From Cetorhinus maximus (lineage: Eukaryota): 64,000 nucleotides of DNA. The notes beneath the pieces are model-generated. The model made no database searches. It was not told the origin of the DNA and was given only the letters and a program-made list of their open reading frames with translations. The DNA is taken from the NCBI RefSeq assembly GCF_964194155.1, contig NC_135901.1:24490001-24554000 (forward strand). The letters run 5' to 3'. Numbering within the stretch: the stretch's first letter is position 1; each line of letters begins with the position of its first letter. Of the stretch, positions 36,830-49,882 are shown piece after piece. A program made the position numbers and the translations under genes.

Positions 36830-37480
36830 GTCCCATCTAGCTGGGCACCAGTGGAGGGGCATTGGGGGAGGATGGTTTGGTTCATGGTGTCAATGACTGC
36901 AGAGAGGCCGAGAAGGACAAGGAGGGAGAGTTCATCTTGGTGACATGGAATGTAAGTTGTGATTCTAAGAGCTCCTTCAACACTGTGACAGGGGCAACAA
37001 TCATATTGGGGGGATTCAAAAATGGAATTCCTGGAAAGATGGGCATGGATTTGGGAAGTGACAAGGACTTTGGATGCAAAAGGGAGGTTGGAGATGGGGT
37101 GGGAGTTTGTAAAAATGTTGTGGTCAAGGGTTGGTTTTATTGAGGAGAGGGTGATGATCGCAGATTTGAAGGACAGAGGGACAGGACCTGAAGAGAGAGA
37201 ACCATTAACAATGTCAGTGAAAATGGGGAAGTTGGAAGATCAGCAGATTAGTGAGAATAGGGTCAATGGAGCAGGAGGTGGTTCTCATGGACAAGATGAG
37301 CTCTGAGAGGGCATGAGGAGAGATGGCAGATAAACATAAGAAATATGTGAGTTCAGGGCTAGGAGAAGGAGCAGCTTGAGAGGCAGTTCAGCCCGGTGTG
37401 TTAGTGGAAGCCAGGAAAGCAGCAGAGGCAGTTGATAGGATTGTCTTAATCATAGTTATAAAGAAACTCCATGAGCTCCT
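36830..37480 (-). mobile_element. L2-type LINE fragment
   Basis: Reverse-complement homolog of the 32340-33330 element. Confidence 0.7.
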
Positions 37481-38048
37481 CACACTTGTTTTTTTTCTAA
37501 TTCAATCATTGGACGTGAACATTGCAGTCGAGGCCAGCATTTATTGCTCATCCCTAATTTCCCTTGAGAAGGTGAGGGTGAGCTGCCTTTTTAAGGCAGC
37601 CCTGTGGTGTGGATACACCCACAGTGCTGTTAGGAAGGGAGTTCCAGGATTTTGACCCAGCGACAGTGAAGGAACGACGATATATTTCCAAGTCAGGATG
37701 GTAAGTGGCTTGGAGGGGAACTTCCAGGTGACGATGTTCCCATCTATCTGCTTGCCTTGTCTTTCTACATGGTAGTGGTCGTGGGTTCAGAAGGTGCTGT
37801 CAAAGGAGCCCGGTGAGTTGGAATTTGAGAACGGAGGAGACAGGAAAGGGAGAGCACTTCAAAGGGGTTAACTTGTGTTATAGATATTAAAAATACTCGG
37901 CACACTGTGTGTTTAACACAAAGCTGATTTATTTTAATTATAACCAGAGTATTAACACCTACAACTAGGCTGGAGTTTATTAACATCAGCAGAAAAAGAG
38001 CCCAATTTAGTCCTGGATGTGATTAGCAGCAAAATCCAATCACTATAC

Positions 38049-39170
38049 TTACTTGTGAACTCGCTGGTGTGTCAGCAGGGTGGATGACTGAGTGAATCCC
38101 TTCCCACACTCAGAGCAGGTGAATGGTCTCTCCCCAGTGTGAACTCGCTGGTGCTCAGTGAGGTGAGATGATCTCCTGAACCCAGTCCCACAGTGAGAGC
38201 ACCTGAACGGTCTCTCGTCAGTGTGAACATGTTGATGGGACATCAGGACCCCAGAACTTTTATAGCACTTCCCGCAGTCTGGGCATTTAAAAGGTCTCTC
38301 CCCAGTGTGACCTCGCTGGTGTATCAGCAACCTGGAGTACCGAGTGAATCCCTTCCCACACACGTGGCAAGAGAATGGCCACTCCCCAGTGTGAACTTGC
38401 TGATGTGTCAGCAGGTCGGATGTCCGAGTGAATCCCTTCCCGCACTTGGAGCAGATGAACGGCCTCTTCCCAGTGTGAACTTGCTGATGTATCAGCAAGG
38501 TGGATAACTGTGTGAATCCCTTCCCACAATCGGAGCAGGTAAATGGTGTCTCCCCAGTGTGAATGCGCCGATGTGTCACCAGGTGGGATGACCGAGTGAA
38601 TCCCTTCCCACACTCGGGGCAGGTGAATGGTCTCTCTCCAGTGTGAAGTCGCTGGTGTACAGTGAGTTGAGATGACCACCTGAACCCAGTCCCGCAATGA
38701 GAGCACCTGAACGGTCTCACATCAGTGTGAACATTTTGATGGGACATCAAGTCCCCAGAACTTCTGAAGCGCTTCCCACAGTCTGGACATTTAAAACATG
38801 TCTCGTCAGTATGAATGCGCCGGTGTGTCAGCAGGTTGGATGACTGAGTGAATCCCTTCCCACACTCGGAGCAGGTGAACGGCCTCTCCCCAGTATGAAC
38901 TCGTTGGTGTCTTGTCAGGTGACATGATCGAGTGAAACCTATCCCACAGTCAGAGCAGGTGAATGGCCTCTCCCCAGTGTGAGTGCGCTTGTGACTTTCC
39001 AGCTGAACTGGATAATTATATCCCTTCCCACAGTCTCCACATTTCCACAGTTTCTCCCTGTTGTGACTGCATTTGTGTTTTGATAGGTTAGATGATCGGC
39101 TGAAGCCTCGTCCACACACAGAACACGTGTACGGTTTCTCTCCACTGTGAACGGTGCTTTTTCCTTCCAT
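38049..39170 (-). CDS. C2H2 ZNF, 13 fingers, intact
   Basis: AACATGG start [14 protein letters not shown]; 13 canonical fingers; HK-TAA; acceptor TTTCACAG near 39280. Confidence 0.92.
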   Translation of the reverse strand: MEGKSTVHSGEKPYTCSVCGRGFSRSSNLSKHKCSHNREKLWKCGDCGKGYNYPVQLESHKRTHTGERPFTCSDCGIGFTRSCHLTRHQRVHTGERPFTCSECGKGFTQSSNLLTHRRIHTDETCFKCPDCGKRFRSSGDLMSHQNVHTDVRPFRCSHCGTGFRWSSQLTVHQRLHTGERPFTCPECGKGFTRSSHLVTHRRIHTGETPFTCSDCGKGFTQLSTLLIHQQVHTGKRPFICSKCGKGFTRTSDLLTHQQVHTGEWPFSCHVCGKGFTRYSRLLIHQRGHTGERPFKCPDCGKCYKSSGVLMSHQHVHTDERPFRCSHCGTGFRRSSHLTEHQRVHTGERPFTCSECGKGFTQSSTLLTHQRVHK

Positions 39171-40099
39171 GTTCAAATTCTGATGATATTCTGGTTATGA
39201 TAAATTGGGTGACTCTGTCAGATCCCAATGTGATGTTTGGTTTCAGCTTCCTAACTGCAAATCCTTCCCTTCCAATATCCTGTGAAATTGATATAAAACA
39301 GGAAAAGAGAGTGAGACAAAACCCAGAAGTCACAAAGGTAGGTTGTGAAATTGAGCTGAATGAATCCGGTAATTTGTGGGGCTGGCACCAGGAAAAATTG
39401 ACCATGAAAACTGCTGGATTGTTGTAAAAACCCAACTGGTTCACTGATGTCCTTCAAGGTGGGAATCTGGTCTGGGCCTAAACAAGACTCTGGTTCTATG
39501 GGTGGAGAGAGGGTGTGTTTGAGAGAAAGAGAGGTGGGAGAGGCAGGTGGTGAAGGAGAAAAATTTGATATCTATAATTTCACAAGAACATTGACAGAAT
39601 CACCCAAACCATCAGATTCCACCACCTAGACAGACCAGGGTATGTGAACACCAGCACCTCCAAGTTCCCACCCAAGTCACGCACCATCCTGACTTGTCTG
39701 ACGTCAAGTACGGGATGCACAGAAATTTCCTCTGAAGCTGAACCAGATTGTTCACAACCATGGTGTCACATTTGACTCCCAGATGAGCTTCCAACCACAT
39801 ATCCACATCATCACCAAGGCCGCCTATTTCTACCTCAGTAATATGGCCTGACTCCACCTTAGTCTCAGTTTATCTCCTGCAGAAACCATTATCCATTCCT
39901 TTGTTACTGCAAGGCTAAACTATCCTAACACACTCCCAGTCGGCCTTCAACATTAAACCATCCTCCTCCACCCCCGTAATCTTGAGGTCATTCAAAGCTC
40001 TGTTGCTTGTGTGTTTAGTCGCACTGTCTTGTTCACCCACTGCCACTGTGCTTGCTGACCTACAAAGGCTCCCAGTTAAGAAGCACCAACTTTTAAAAT

Positions 40100-40340
40100 T
40101 CTCAAACAAAAACAAAAATAGCTGGAAAAACTCAGCAGGTCTGACAGCATCTGCAGAGAGGAATACAGTTAACGTTTCGAGTCCGTATGACTCTTCATCA
40201 GACCTAAGGAGAAATAGAAATGACGTGAAATATAAGCTGGTTGAGGGGGGTGGGACAGGTAGAGCTGGATAGAGGGCCAGTGATAGGTGGAGGCAAAGAA
40301 GAGATTGCCAAAGATGTCATAGACAAAAGGACAAAGAATA
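40100..40340 (-). mobile_element. Penelope pLTR with intact hammerhead core
   Basis: Minus 40202-40167: CTGATGA AGAGTC ATACG GACTC GAAACGTT AACT. Confidence 0.8.
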
Positions 40341-40694
40341 AAGTTCTCATCCTTGTTTTCCTCCATGGTTGTGATCATTCCTGTCTCCACAATCTCCACA
40401 ACCAGCCACACAATCTCTAAGATCTCTGCACTCATCTAATTCCAGCCTCTTGAGAATTCCCGATTTTAATCACCATCAGTGACTGTTCCTTCCATTGCCG
40501 AGGCCACAAGCTCTGGAATTTCCTTCTTAAACCTCTCTGCCTTATACTGTTTAGGGCACAATATAAATACAAATGATTGTCACTGACTTGGTCATATATC
40601 GTTGTTCTGCCTCATCAATAAGACATTGTAACTCAAAGTGTGAAGCAGCTTGATGGACAATTGTTCACACTTTGTCATTGGAAAAATTTCAATA

Positions 40695-41100
40695 ACACTG
40701 CCCCCTACAAAGATGGAGACTGCGCACGCGCCCTGCTGCAAATTGCCCCCAATAAAGATGGCGGCCGTTAATCCGGGTATGGGACTGCGAGAAAGCGGCG
40801 GCCCTGCTCTGTGCAAAAGAGCGTCACGGTCCCGGGTATTGGTTGGTTGTTTTTCGAGGTTTACGGTTTACATAACATTTACGAAGCCTATTCAACCACC
40901 GGCCGGATTCCGCCATCGCTTCACCCCGCCATCCCACCCTCCCTGCCTTTACCGAATGCGAATCCGAGAAAGAAGCTTTTCCCCATCGCCATTAATCACA
41001 CTGCGCATGCTTCACTCAGCCCAGTCCTGCCCCTTATTCACTCCGATTGGTTGGAAGACCAGCCGCTTCGACGCGCCGATAGCCCCGCCCTCTAATGACA
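40695..41100 (-). promoter_or_regulatory. ZNF promoter cassette 4a (no hairpin)
   Basis: YY1 40755-40766; NRF1-like near 40721 and 41002; donor TCG|GTAAAG 40952; CCAAT/GC box module 41015-41092. Confidence 0.7.
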
Positions 41101-41585
41101 TCACAGACATGAACACAGAACATCTGGGTCTGTGCAAACCAGTGATCACCACATATTATGAAGGATGTGAGGGTCCTTGAGAGAGTGCAGAGGAGATTTA
41201 CCAGAATGGTTCCAGGGATGAGGGATTTTAGTTGCAAGTTTAGGTTGGAGAAACTGGGCTTCTTCTCTTTGCAGCAAAGGAAATTGAGGAGAGATTTGAT
41301 GGAAAGTTATAAGTTTATGATAGGTTTAGATAAGGCGGATAAAGAAAATCTGTTCTCATCATCTGAATGTAAACAGATTACGGGACACGGATTTAAGATT
41401 TTCAACAAGATCTACATGGGGAATATGAGGAAGAAATTTCACACAATGAGTGGTAATGACATGGAACTCAACGCTTACAGTCAAAGGCCGATAATATCCA
41501 AGATCCTGATGAATTGACTGATTATGTCAGATTTTCATGCGGTGCTTGGCTTGAATTTCCTGTTTTCAAATCTCTTTCTAACTCG

Positions 41586-42490
41586 CTGTAAAAGAAGTTT
41601 CCGAAATCCATCCCTGTCAGTCCAGGATAGAAATCCACAACATTCTCTCCTCCTGCTGACAGGGACAGGGTTGAACGTGCACGTGCCCTGCTGCACATTG
41701 CCCCTGGTTGTCGTCAGCATTCTATCGATTTGAGGATTACGTCTACTCAGGGTCGTGAGTTTCTGCCGGGTGGCTTCATGTGACTGAACAGACTCGCAGA
41801 CCTTTGGTCACAAGGGGCAGGACGTCCCTTGTGCTTGTGGGATCAGGAGAACAGAAGTTGCTTCCTTTCCTTCTCTGCACATCATTGAGATATTGTAACT
41901 CAAAGTATGAAGCAGCCTGATGGAACAAGTTGTCCCCATTGTTTCATTAAAATCATCTTAGCTATAAAGATAAGCATCCACAGATGCTGTTAGACCTGCT
42001 GCGTTTTTCCAGCAGTTTCTGCTTTTGTTGCTTTTATCTGTAAAGATGTCGGCCGCGCATGCGTCCTGCTGCATCTGGCCAACAAAGATTTCAGACGCGC
42101 ATGCGCCCTGCTTCACCTGACCCCAATAAAGATGTCGGCCGCGCATGCGCCCTGCATCACAAAGATGGCCACGTTAACCGGGCCTCTGAACGAGTGAAAT
42201 CGCACCTACAGCTGCTGTCCAGCTCAGTGCTAACGGGCGACCTTTAGGTCCTTTTTCAAGATTTGCGGCTCACACAATATGTTTACATAGCCTCCCCGAC
42301 CAACCGCCAGATTCATTGCTCCCTCCTTCCCGCCATCGATTTACCGTTTGCGGATCCGTGAGAAAGCGTCTCTCCATCGCTATCACCCGTACTGCGCATG
42401 TGCTAAACATTGGACATGGCGCCTGCGCACTAGCCCCTTATGATGTGAATAGAGGACATTCTCCGCCGCAGGGAATGCTGGGTAACGGCC
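41586..42490 (-). promoter_or_regulatory. ZNF promoter cassette 4b (intron interrupted by TE fragments)
   Basis: ZNF143-like 42473-42485; donor 42344; repeated AAGATG(T/G)C..GCGCATGCG units 42043-42180; acceptor 41586. Confidence 0.7.
41610..41666 (-). ncRNA. Conserved intronic hairpin copy D
   Basis: GTCCCTGTCAGCAGGAGGAGAGAATGTTGTGGATTTCTATCCTGGACTGACAGGGAT. Confidence 0.5.
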
Positions 42491-42679
42491 CCGCCATTGA
42501 CAGTTCAAATTATTCTATCCTGATTTGTTTGGCTGTTATGGGGTGGAGTCTGGGGTCAAACGGTCCAGTATTAAAGCCAGGACACAAATTATACTGAAAC
42601 CAATCGGCATGGATCCTCCATTATCCACTGAAAATAAGGGGAAAGGGAATTGGTAGAAAATCAAGAGTCCCCAAAACAA

Positions 42680-43020
42680 AAGCAATAACAGCAGAATCCA
42701 ACCTCTACAGTAACATGTGAACTCACTGGTGTCCCAGCTGCTGGAAAGAACAAGTGGATCACTGCCCACACACAGAACATTTGAATAACCTCTCTCCTAT
42801 ATAAATGTGCTGATCATGTATCAAATTCTTTGAACATTCAAAGTAGGTGAGAAAGCTGAGTAAATCCTTTCGAATGGTATCTCTCCAGTGTGACTGTATT
42901 GCTGCGTCAGTAAATGAGGTGACTGATTCCACAATCAGCTGGTGAATATCCTCTTCCTTGTGTGACTGCACCCATGAGTTTCCAGTTCAGATGGGCAATG
43001 GAATCACTCTCCACAGTCAA
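42680..43020 (-). pseudogene. Decayed ZNF 3' remnant upstream of cassette 4b
   Basis: ORF 42759-42971 ends HDQHIYIGERLFKCSVCGQ. Confidence 0.8.
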
Positions 43021-44454
43021 CAACAACAATGAAAACGTGCATTTATATAACACCTTTACCAAAATAAAAACATTCTGAGAAACTTTACATGGGTGTTAAT
43101 ACTCCCAATATTAAGACAGTCTGTGTTTTTGTCTCTAATTTGATCACAAACACGCTTCTATAATTTCCATACAATAAAAATGGGAATGCACACATTTAAC
43201 CAACATCAATCAGCGGTTCTGTTAAATGTGTCATCATACATTGTGTAACATCCCTATGGGTGTAAAACAGTAGATCGTCTGGTTCAGTATGACCTGTGCC
43301 TTGGTAGATCTGCTAGGAATATCATACAAATGGGAATTACTGTTATTTCATATTTGTTATATCACACATTTATTTTAATCAAATGTCTTGAAGCTGATTG
43401 TCTCCCAGGCAGATTTATTCCAACAATCTTAATAACTAGTGTTTCTATTTTCCTAGATTTGCTAATATCAATAACCAGTTAATATTAATAACAGTTAATA
43501 TTAAAAACCAGTTAATACTAATAACCAGTATTGCTTGTTTTCCTGTTTTGTTTCTACTGTTCCTGCATTAATCTCACTCCATTGTTATTTCTGACTTCTA
43601 TTTTAGCTCATCGTTTTCTTCAATATCCTTTTCCAAAACCCATTTCCCATCTACGTCCACCCACCTGTTCAATTTTTTGCGAAACAAGTTGGTAATGATG
43701 TAAGATATATTATGCAGCATGATATATAACATTATTTCTGGTGGTGAGTGTTGATTATTGAATATAATGCATGCAGGAGGTATTCTTTATTGAGGGGTCC
43801 CATCTAAAACATTAAACATCACGTTAGATTTGTATCCTTCGTGACCAGGGAAGTTACAAAATGACTCAAAGTTCAGATATGGCCTATGACAATGGGTGTC
43901 GAGTCCACCGACATGAAGTACCATTGCCAGTAGCCCCTCACCCCCTCAGCACAACTCCTGGCCTCTCCCTGCCCTTTGGTGCTCCATAAGCCATTGCTGC
44001 TTCCTATTGCTGTTGCGTCAAATGATTAGACAAAGTTCCACACTGTGCACAGGAATTTCTTCCCAGAGTGTGCAGTTGCAGTCAGTCACTTAAAATACAT
44101 CAACAAGGCAATAAGTAATGGTTGAGGCATCGAAGGGGCAGGAGCTGGGAGCCGTGGTGAGAGCAGGAAGTTAACTGTATGAAGTTAGAGGGAGGGAGCA
44201 AGCAAGGGAGGGAGGTGGAAGGAGTGTCAGTATGAAATTAGAAGAGAGAAGGAACGTCAGTGTTTGGATAGTTCCATCATAGCCTTTCCTCATCCTCAGG
44301 AAACTGCAAGTTGAAGATGTTTGAAACACCATCATAACGTACAATGGAAGAACATAAGTTTAAACCTGGGTCCGGTGGTTCCTCCGAGATTTAATTACCT
44401 ACTGCCTCCAGCTTTGTTTCTCCTCCCTCAAACACTCCATTCTCATTCACAGGT

Positions 44455-45050
44455 CCAGGCAGGTGATTGTGCCCTGAAGGACAAACTGGGCCTGCGGCAG
44501 CTGGTGAGGGAACCCACAAGTGGGAAAAACCCTGAACTTGTTCTCACCAATCTACCTGTCACAGGGGGATCTGTCCATGACAGGATCAGTAGGAGTGACC
44601 ACCGCATAGTTGTGGAGACAAAGTCCCATCTTCACACTGAGGATACTCTCCATCATGTTGTGTGGCAAATGGGATAAATTCAGAACAGGTCTAGCAACTC
44701 AAAACTGTGAGCCCATGAGGCAGTGTGGGCCATCAGCATCAGCAGAATTGTGTAGAACCACAACCTCTAGTCGAGCCTCATAGTCCAGCATATCCCTCAC
44801 TCCACCATTACTATCAAGCCAGTGGATCAGCCCAGGTTCAATGAAGAGTGCAGGAGAGCAGGCCAGGGTTATCACCAGGTAATATAAAAGTCAATCTGGT
44901 AAAGCTACAACACAGGACTACTTGTAAAACAGTGGAAGGAGTGTGTGATAGACAGAGCTAAGCAATCCTGAAATTAACAGATCAGATCAAAGTCCTGGAG
45001 ACTTGTGCTCCAGAGATAGCCACACCCCAACTCAAGCCATTCCAGCAGCT
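44455..45050 (+). mobile_element. LINE APE-endonuclease/linker fragment
   Basis: QLVREPT...LVLTN...SDH motif in ORF 44321-44677. Confidence 0.7.
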
Positions 45051-45490
45051 TTCCAAAGAAAATAAAACCCAGCCTATGAAATATATTCCTCCTAGCTGAT
45101 TTTGATGTGAATAAGGTTCAGGATCACCTCTCATTCCTCTAAACTCTACTGAGTATAGGCCCAATCTGTCCAACCTTCCTTCATGAAATAAACCTTTCAT
45201 CCCAAGAATGAGTCTAGTGAATCTTCCCTGAACTGCTTCCAACGCAATTGCCCTTTTTCAAATAAGGCGACCCAAACTGTATACAATCCTCCAGATGTGG
45301 TCTCAACAAGGCCCTGTGCAGCTGCAGTAAAACTTCCCTTCTTTTATTTTCCAATCCCCTTGCAATAAATGGCAACATTCCATTTGCCTTCCTGATCACT
45401 TCCTGTACCTGCAGAGTAACTTTCATGATTCATATCAGAATGGAGAGCTGGGGTTCACCCGTGGAAGCAGTAAAGTTTAAAAAACAATGG

Positions 45491-45563
45491 GGCCCAATGT
45501 AGGCCTCAAACCCACAGCGCTGAGATTAAAAAGCATTTGATCCACTGACTGAGCTAGTGGGGC
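45491..45563 (-). pseudogene. tRNA-Lys pseudogene
   Basis: GCCCCACTAGCTCAGTCAGTGGATCAAATGCTTTTTAATCTCAGCGCTGTGGGTTTGAGGCCTACATTGGGCC is colinear with vertebrate tRNA-Lys(CTT); stems are disrupted. Confidence 0.8.
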
Positions 45564-47053
45564 ATACAGCAATGATAGGACCAGATACCTTATCACAGCG
45601 AGATAACTGTCTGAATGCAATGGTAGAGAAGGGAATTGACCTGCAGAAGCCCAAGGGTCCAATGCTTTCCCCTCAATCATCAATAACATTATTCACAGCT
45701 TCCGCTTCTCAGCTGCACCTCCTTCCAAACATTGTGATCTATTTTCCTTAGGATTTGTTCCTGGATTTAATATTTACCTGCTTTGTGACCTCATTTCGAA
45801 ATCAGATTCACTTCAATCTCCAACACAAGTTGAATTTCAAACCTGACAGCCAAACAATGGAAAACAAGTCAGTCGGTGACACGAATCCAATGGTTCTCAT
45901 TTTCAGATTCACAAGAGTCAGATTTTGAATAAAAGGAAGGAATTTTGCAGTGAAAAAATTTAGAAAGTTGTCATTGTTTTTATTTGTGACTCACTCACTC
46001 CAGTATCCTGTAAATGCTGCTCGGAGGTTTAGTGACCAGGATATAATCTACCTGCCTTTTCCTGAGCCTGTGCTCGGTGTATTGGGAGGTTTAACCCGGG
46101 TTGGAGTATCTTGCATCCCAGGGATGGGCAGTAACCCACTGATTGAAGCTGCAGTTACCACTTTCTGCTGGCAGCGGGTGATTGGAGAGTGTGTGGCCGG
46201 AATATTGCTGCTTTTCCTGTTGCACTCATTGTGGAGCTAAGGAGGAGGGAATGGGTTTGTTTGAATCTCACAACTTCATAGATTTCTAATGGGCTCGAGA
46301 TAGGTATATGGCAGGGGTAGTTGTTTAATCATTATTTTAAAAATGAATATTCATGTAAAACACCCAGGCAGAATCTTAATGGATAGCAGCAGAATTGTCA
46401 ATGGTTGGGGAATTTTCTTGCAACTGGAGTACTCGTGACAACCTGGAACTGTGTGGCAATGAACGCTGATTTCAGAAAACAGTGAAGGTTTTGTCTCTGG
46501 ATGGTCATAACTCACCACCCTTTCGGTTAACAGCTGAACGCACTGGCCAATTGTGCCAGAGGCTGATATAAGGTAGTTCTACAGGATACCCTAAACCAGG
46601 GTGTCAGCGAGTTAAAGCTTCAGATTGCTGCTCCCAGAATGACAATTGTTCTCTGTCAGTTTTACTCTTCCAAAATAAAGGGTGGAACAGTCATTGTGGA
46701 TACATGGAAATAGTCTGATCCCACCCACTGCAAACACATCCATATCACCATGAACCAGCTCTCCTGCAATCGGTTCTGTCTCCCTTTGAGCTTTTCAGTG
46801 TCTTGTCTGTTACCAAGTATTCTGACATCCTGAAGCCAATATTAGGTTTAAATTGCTGATGTGCAGTAACGAGAATCCTTTCAATGTCTCAGATCAGTTA
46901 ATTTCACTGATAACATCAGAGTCAATGTTCTAGTGACTTATAGAAGGGAAAGTTGCCTTCACTGACACACACTAAATCCAGGTGTCAATTTCTCTTAACC
47001 TGAAGAAATTAAGACCACAGATGCTAAAACTGATTTTCTTGACATATTCTGAT

Positions 47054-47295
47054 CTATCCTGACCATTGACTCACTGTAAATTTCTCCTGAACCTTGAAAG
47101 GCTCTGACTGCTTCCTGGAAGTAAGTGTCGAGGTAACTCTCCCCCTCCCTGATGCCTGCAGCTCAGACTCCAGCTCAATAACCCTGAGCCCAGGTTCCCT
47201 GAGCTGCAGACACTCACCGCAGATATGATGGTCCAGGATCGCAATATTCTCCACAAACTCCAACTTGTTGCAATCCCGGCACACCACCTGCCCTG
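47054..47295 (-). mobile_element. CR1 ORF1 fragment
   Basis: VCRDC...HICGECLQL...LRVIELESEL. Confidence 0.7.
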
Positions 47296-47390
47296 TGAAG
47301 AACTTTAAACTCTTGCCCAGTGATAGCAGTTATTAACTTCAGCAGAAATAAACAAAGCATGTGATTAATAGTAGCATCCAACCCCTGCAG

Positions 47391-48258
47391 TCACACATGA
47401 ACCTGCTGGTGTCTCAACAAGTTGGATGGTCGATTGAATCCCTTCCCACATTCGGAGCAGGTGAACGGCCTCTCCCCACTGTGAGTGCGTTGGTGTGTCT
47501 GGAGATTGGATGACTGAGTGAATTGCTTCTCACACACGGAGCAGGTGAATATCCTTTCCCCAGTGTGAACTCGCTGATGTTGAATAAGGTGAGATGATTG
47601 TCTGAATCTCTTCTCACTGACAGCAACTGAATGGTCTCTTGTCAGTGTGAACAAGCTGGTGTTTAATTAGATCAGGAGAGGTTTTAAAGCAATCTCCACA
47701 GTAAAAGCATTTAAAACGCCTCTCGTCACTGTGAACTCTCTGGTGTGACCCCAGGCTGGATGACTTAGTGAATTCCTTTCCACACACAGAGCAGGTGAAC
47801 GGTCTTTCCCCAGTGTGACTGCATCGGTGAGTTTCCAGCTGGGATGGGAAACTGAATCCCTTCCCACAATCCCCACATTTCCACGGTTTCTCCGTGGTGC
47901 GGATGTTCTTGTGTCTCTCCAGGTTGGATGATCTGTTGCAAACTTGTCCATACACAGAACATATGTACAGTTTCTCCCCGGTGTGAATGGTGTGATGTTT
48001 TTTCAGGCTGTGTAACTGGTTAAAGCTCTTTCCAGTCAGCGCACTGGAACACTCTCACTCGGGTGTATGTGTGTGTGTGTCTCGGTGCTTTTCTGGTCAC
48101 ACTGATGTTTGTAATCTTTTCCCACAGACAGAGCCGAGAAACATTTCGCCTTCCATATTCAAGGCTGATGATATTCAGGTCCTGATGAATCGAGTGACTC
48201 TAAGAGGTCTTGATGTGATGTTTGGTTAGTTTCCTTCTAATCATTTCCTTCTAATAGC
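47391..48258 (-). pseudogene. C2H2 ZNF pseudogene (frameshift near 47620)
   Basis: ORFs 47614-47955 and 47391-47654 are in different frames; degenerate leader fingers run up to the acceptor TTTCTGCAG at 48259. Confidence 0.85.
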
Positions 48259-48914
48259 CTGCAGAAAGAGTTGACAGTGTCAGTATCGCTATCAGTCCAT
48301 GTTAGAAATTCAAAACAGGCAATTCTAGTTTCTACGCAACTTTTTTCTCTCTCTGTTCCTCCAAACATGCGATCTAAATCAAACTAAAAGAAGCCCCAAA
48401 AGGCAACAAATGCAAATGGAATTTTCACAACTAAACCACAATGTTGTTTCCAGTGAACATGAGACACTCTGCATTCTGAGGTGCCCACCGTTTGTGGAAG
48501 ATATCAACCGTACTGATGGACACTACATCCTCCCTGGCCCTGGCCACCAGGGCACAGACAAGACCACAGAAGACTGACCAGCAGCCAGAGGATCCTACCC
48601 ACCCTAGATCTACCAGTTGTTGTTGTAACCACGCTGAACAGCAACTCCAGGAGAAGATCCTCGATGTACCCAGCCCCCTCCACACTGGGCAGCCATAGAT
48701 TAGGGGCCTGGGTCTGAAGTGTGGCCAGACATTGAGGAACAGACCTTCAGGTAACTATACAGGGGCTGCAACCTCTCACAATGAGCATATACATGGCCCA
48801 TGGACTCCTGTAGGCTGCGAACATCACCTGGAGCCTGGGAGTGGGTGAAGCCGTTAAAAAATGTGTTGCCCAGATATCAGCAACTCCCGGGCACTGGGAC
48901 ACAGTAGGGAACAC

Positions 48915-49290
48915 ATCCCTGCAGCCCCGCCCACTAGCTTTGCGTCAACAGGACGTCCGCACATGCGCTCTTCTCCCCGCTGAACCAAAATGGCGGCCGT
49001 TAACGCGCTTCTTCGGAAAAAAGAACCGGGCTGCAAACGGGGGTATCTCAGGGTCTTATTCGAGGTTTGGAGCCTTTACGAGGTGTTTAGAAACCCTGTC
49101 CGTCCTCCCGGCGCCTCCAATCCTTCCTCCGTGTTTTCATTTCCTGACCAGTTTGAAGAGCAGACAGAAGACGCCACATCGCAATTATGGCGCATGCTCC
49201 AAACACTGGGCGATACTGCACCTGCGCACTGCTCTCCTTTGGCGGGGATAGGGGACATTCACCACCGCGGCGGATGCTGGGTAAAGTCCG
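48915..49290 (-). promoter_or_regulatory. ZNF promoter cassette 5
   Basis: YY1 AAAATGGCGGCC 48987-48998 followed by GTTAAC; NRF1-like near 48958 and 49190; ZNF143-like 49272-49284. Confidence 0.7.
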
Positions 49291-49391
49291 TGCCATAGAA
49301 TGGCCTAATTGGTAGTAGTGAGTGTTTCTTTTTGCAAAGATGTGGGGATTGGGGCGAGTGTCGGGCAGTCAATAAAATTAGGAACCAACTC

Positions 49392-49882
49392 AAAAAGAAA
49401 AACAAAAAACTACTGCGGATGCTGGAAATCCAAAACAAAAACAGAATTTCCTGGAAAAACTCAGCAGGTCTGGCAGCATTGGCGGAGAAGAAAAGAGTTG
49501 ACGTTTCGAGTCCTCATGACCCTTCAGCGGAACTGAGTAAAGTTAGGAGAGGGGTGAAATATAAGCTGGTTTAAGGTGGGGTGGGGTGGGGGGAGAGAAG
49601 TTGCGGGGGGTAGGGGGTGGGGGAGGGAGGAGTGGTTGTAGGGATAAGCAAGCAGTGATAGGAGCAGATAATCAAAAGATGTCACAGACAAAAACAAAAA
49701 TTGCTGGAAAAACTCAGCAGGTCTGACAGCAGCTGTGGAAAGGAAGACAGAGTTAATGCTTCGAGTCCGTAGTAACGTTAACTCTGTCTTCTTCTCCACA
49801 GATGCTGTCAGACCTGCTGAGTTTTTCCAGCAATTTTTGCTTTTGTTTCGGATTTCCAGCATCCGCAGTACTTTGCTTTTAA
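49392..49882. mobile_element. Penelope pLTR cluster including a palindrome at 49696-49838, flanked by a target-site-like duplication
   Basis: pLTR copies in both orientations; TTAGGAACCAA on both sides (49378 and 49884). Confidence 0.8.
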
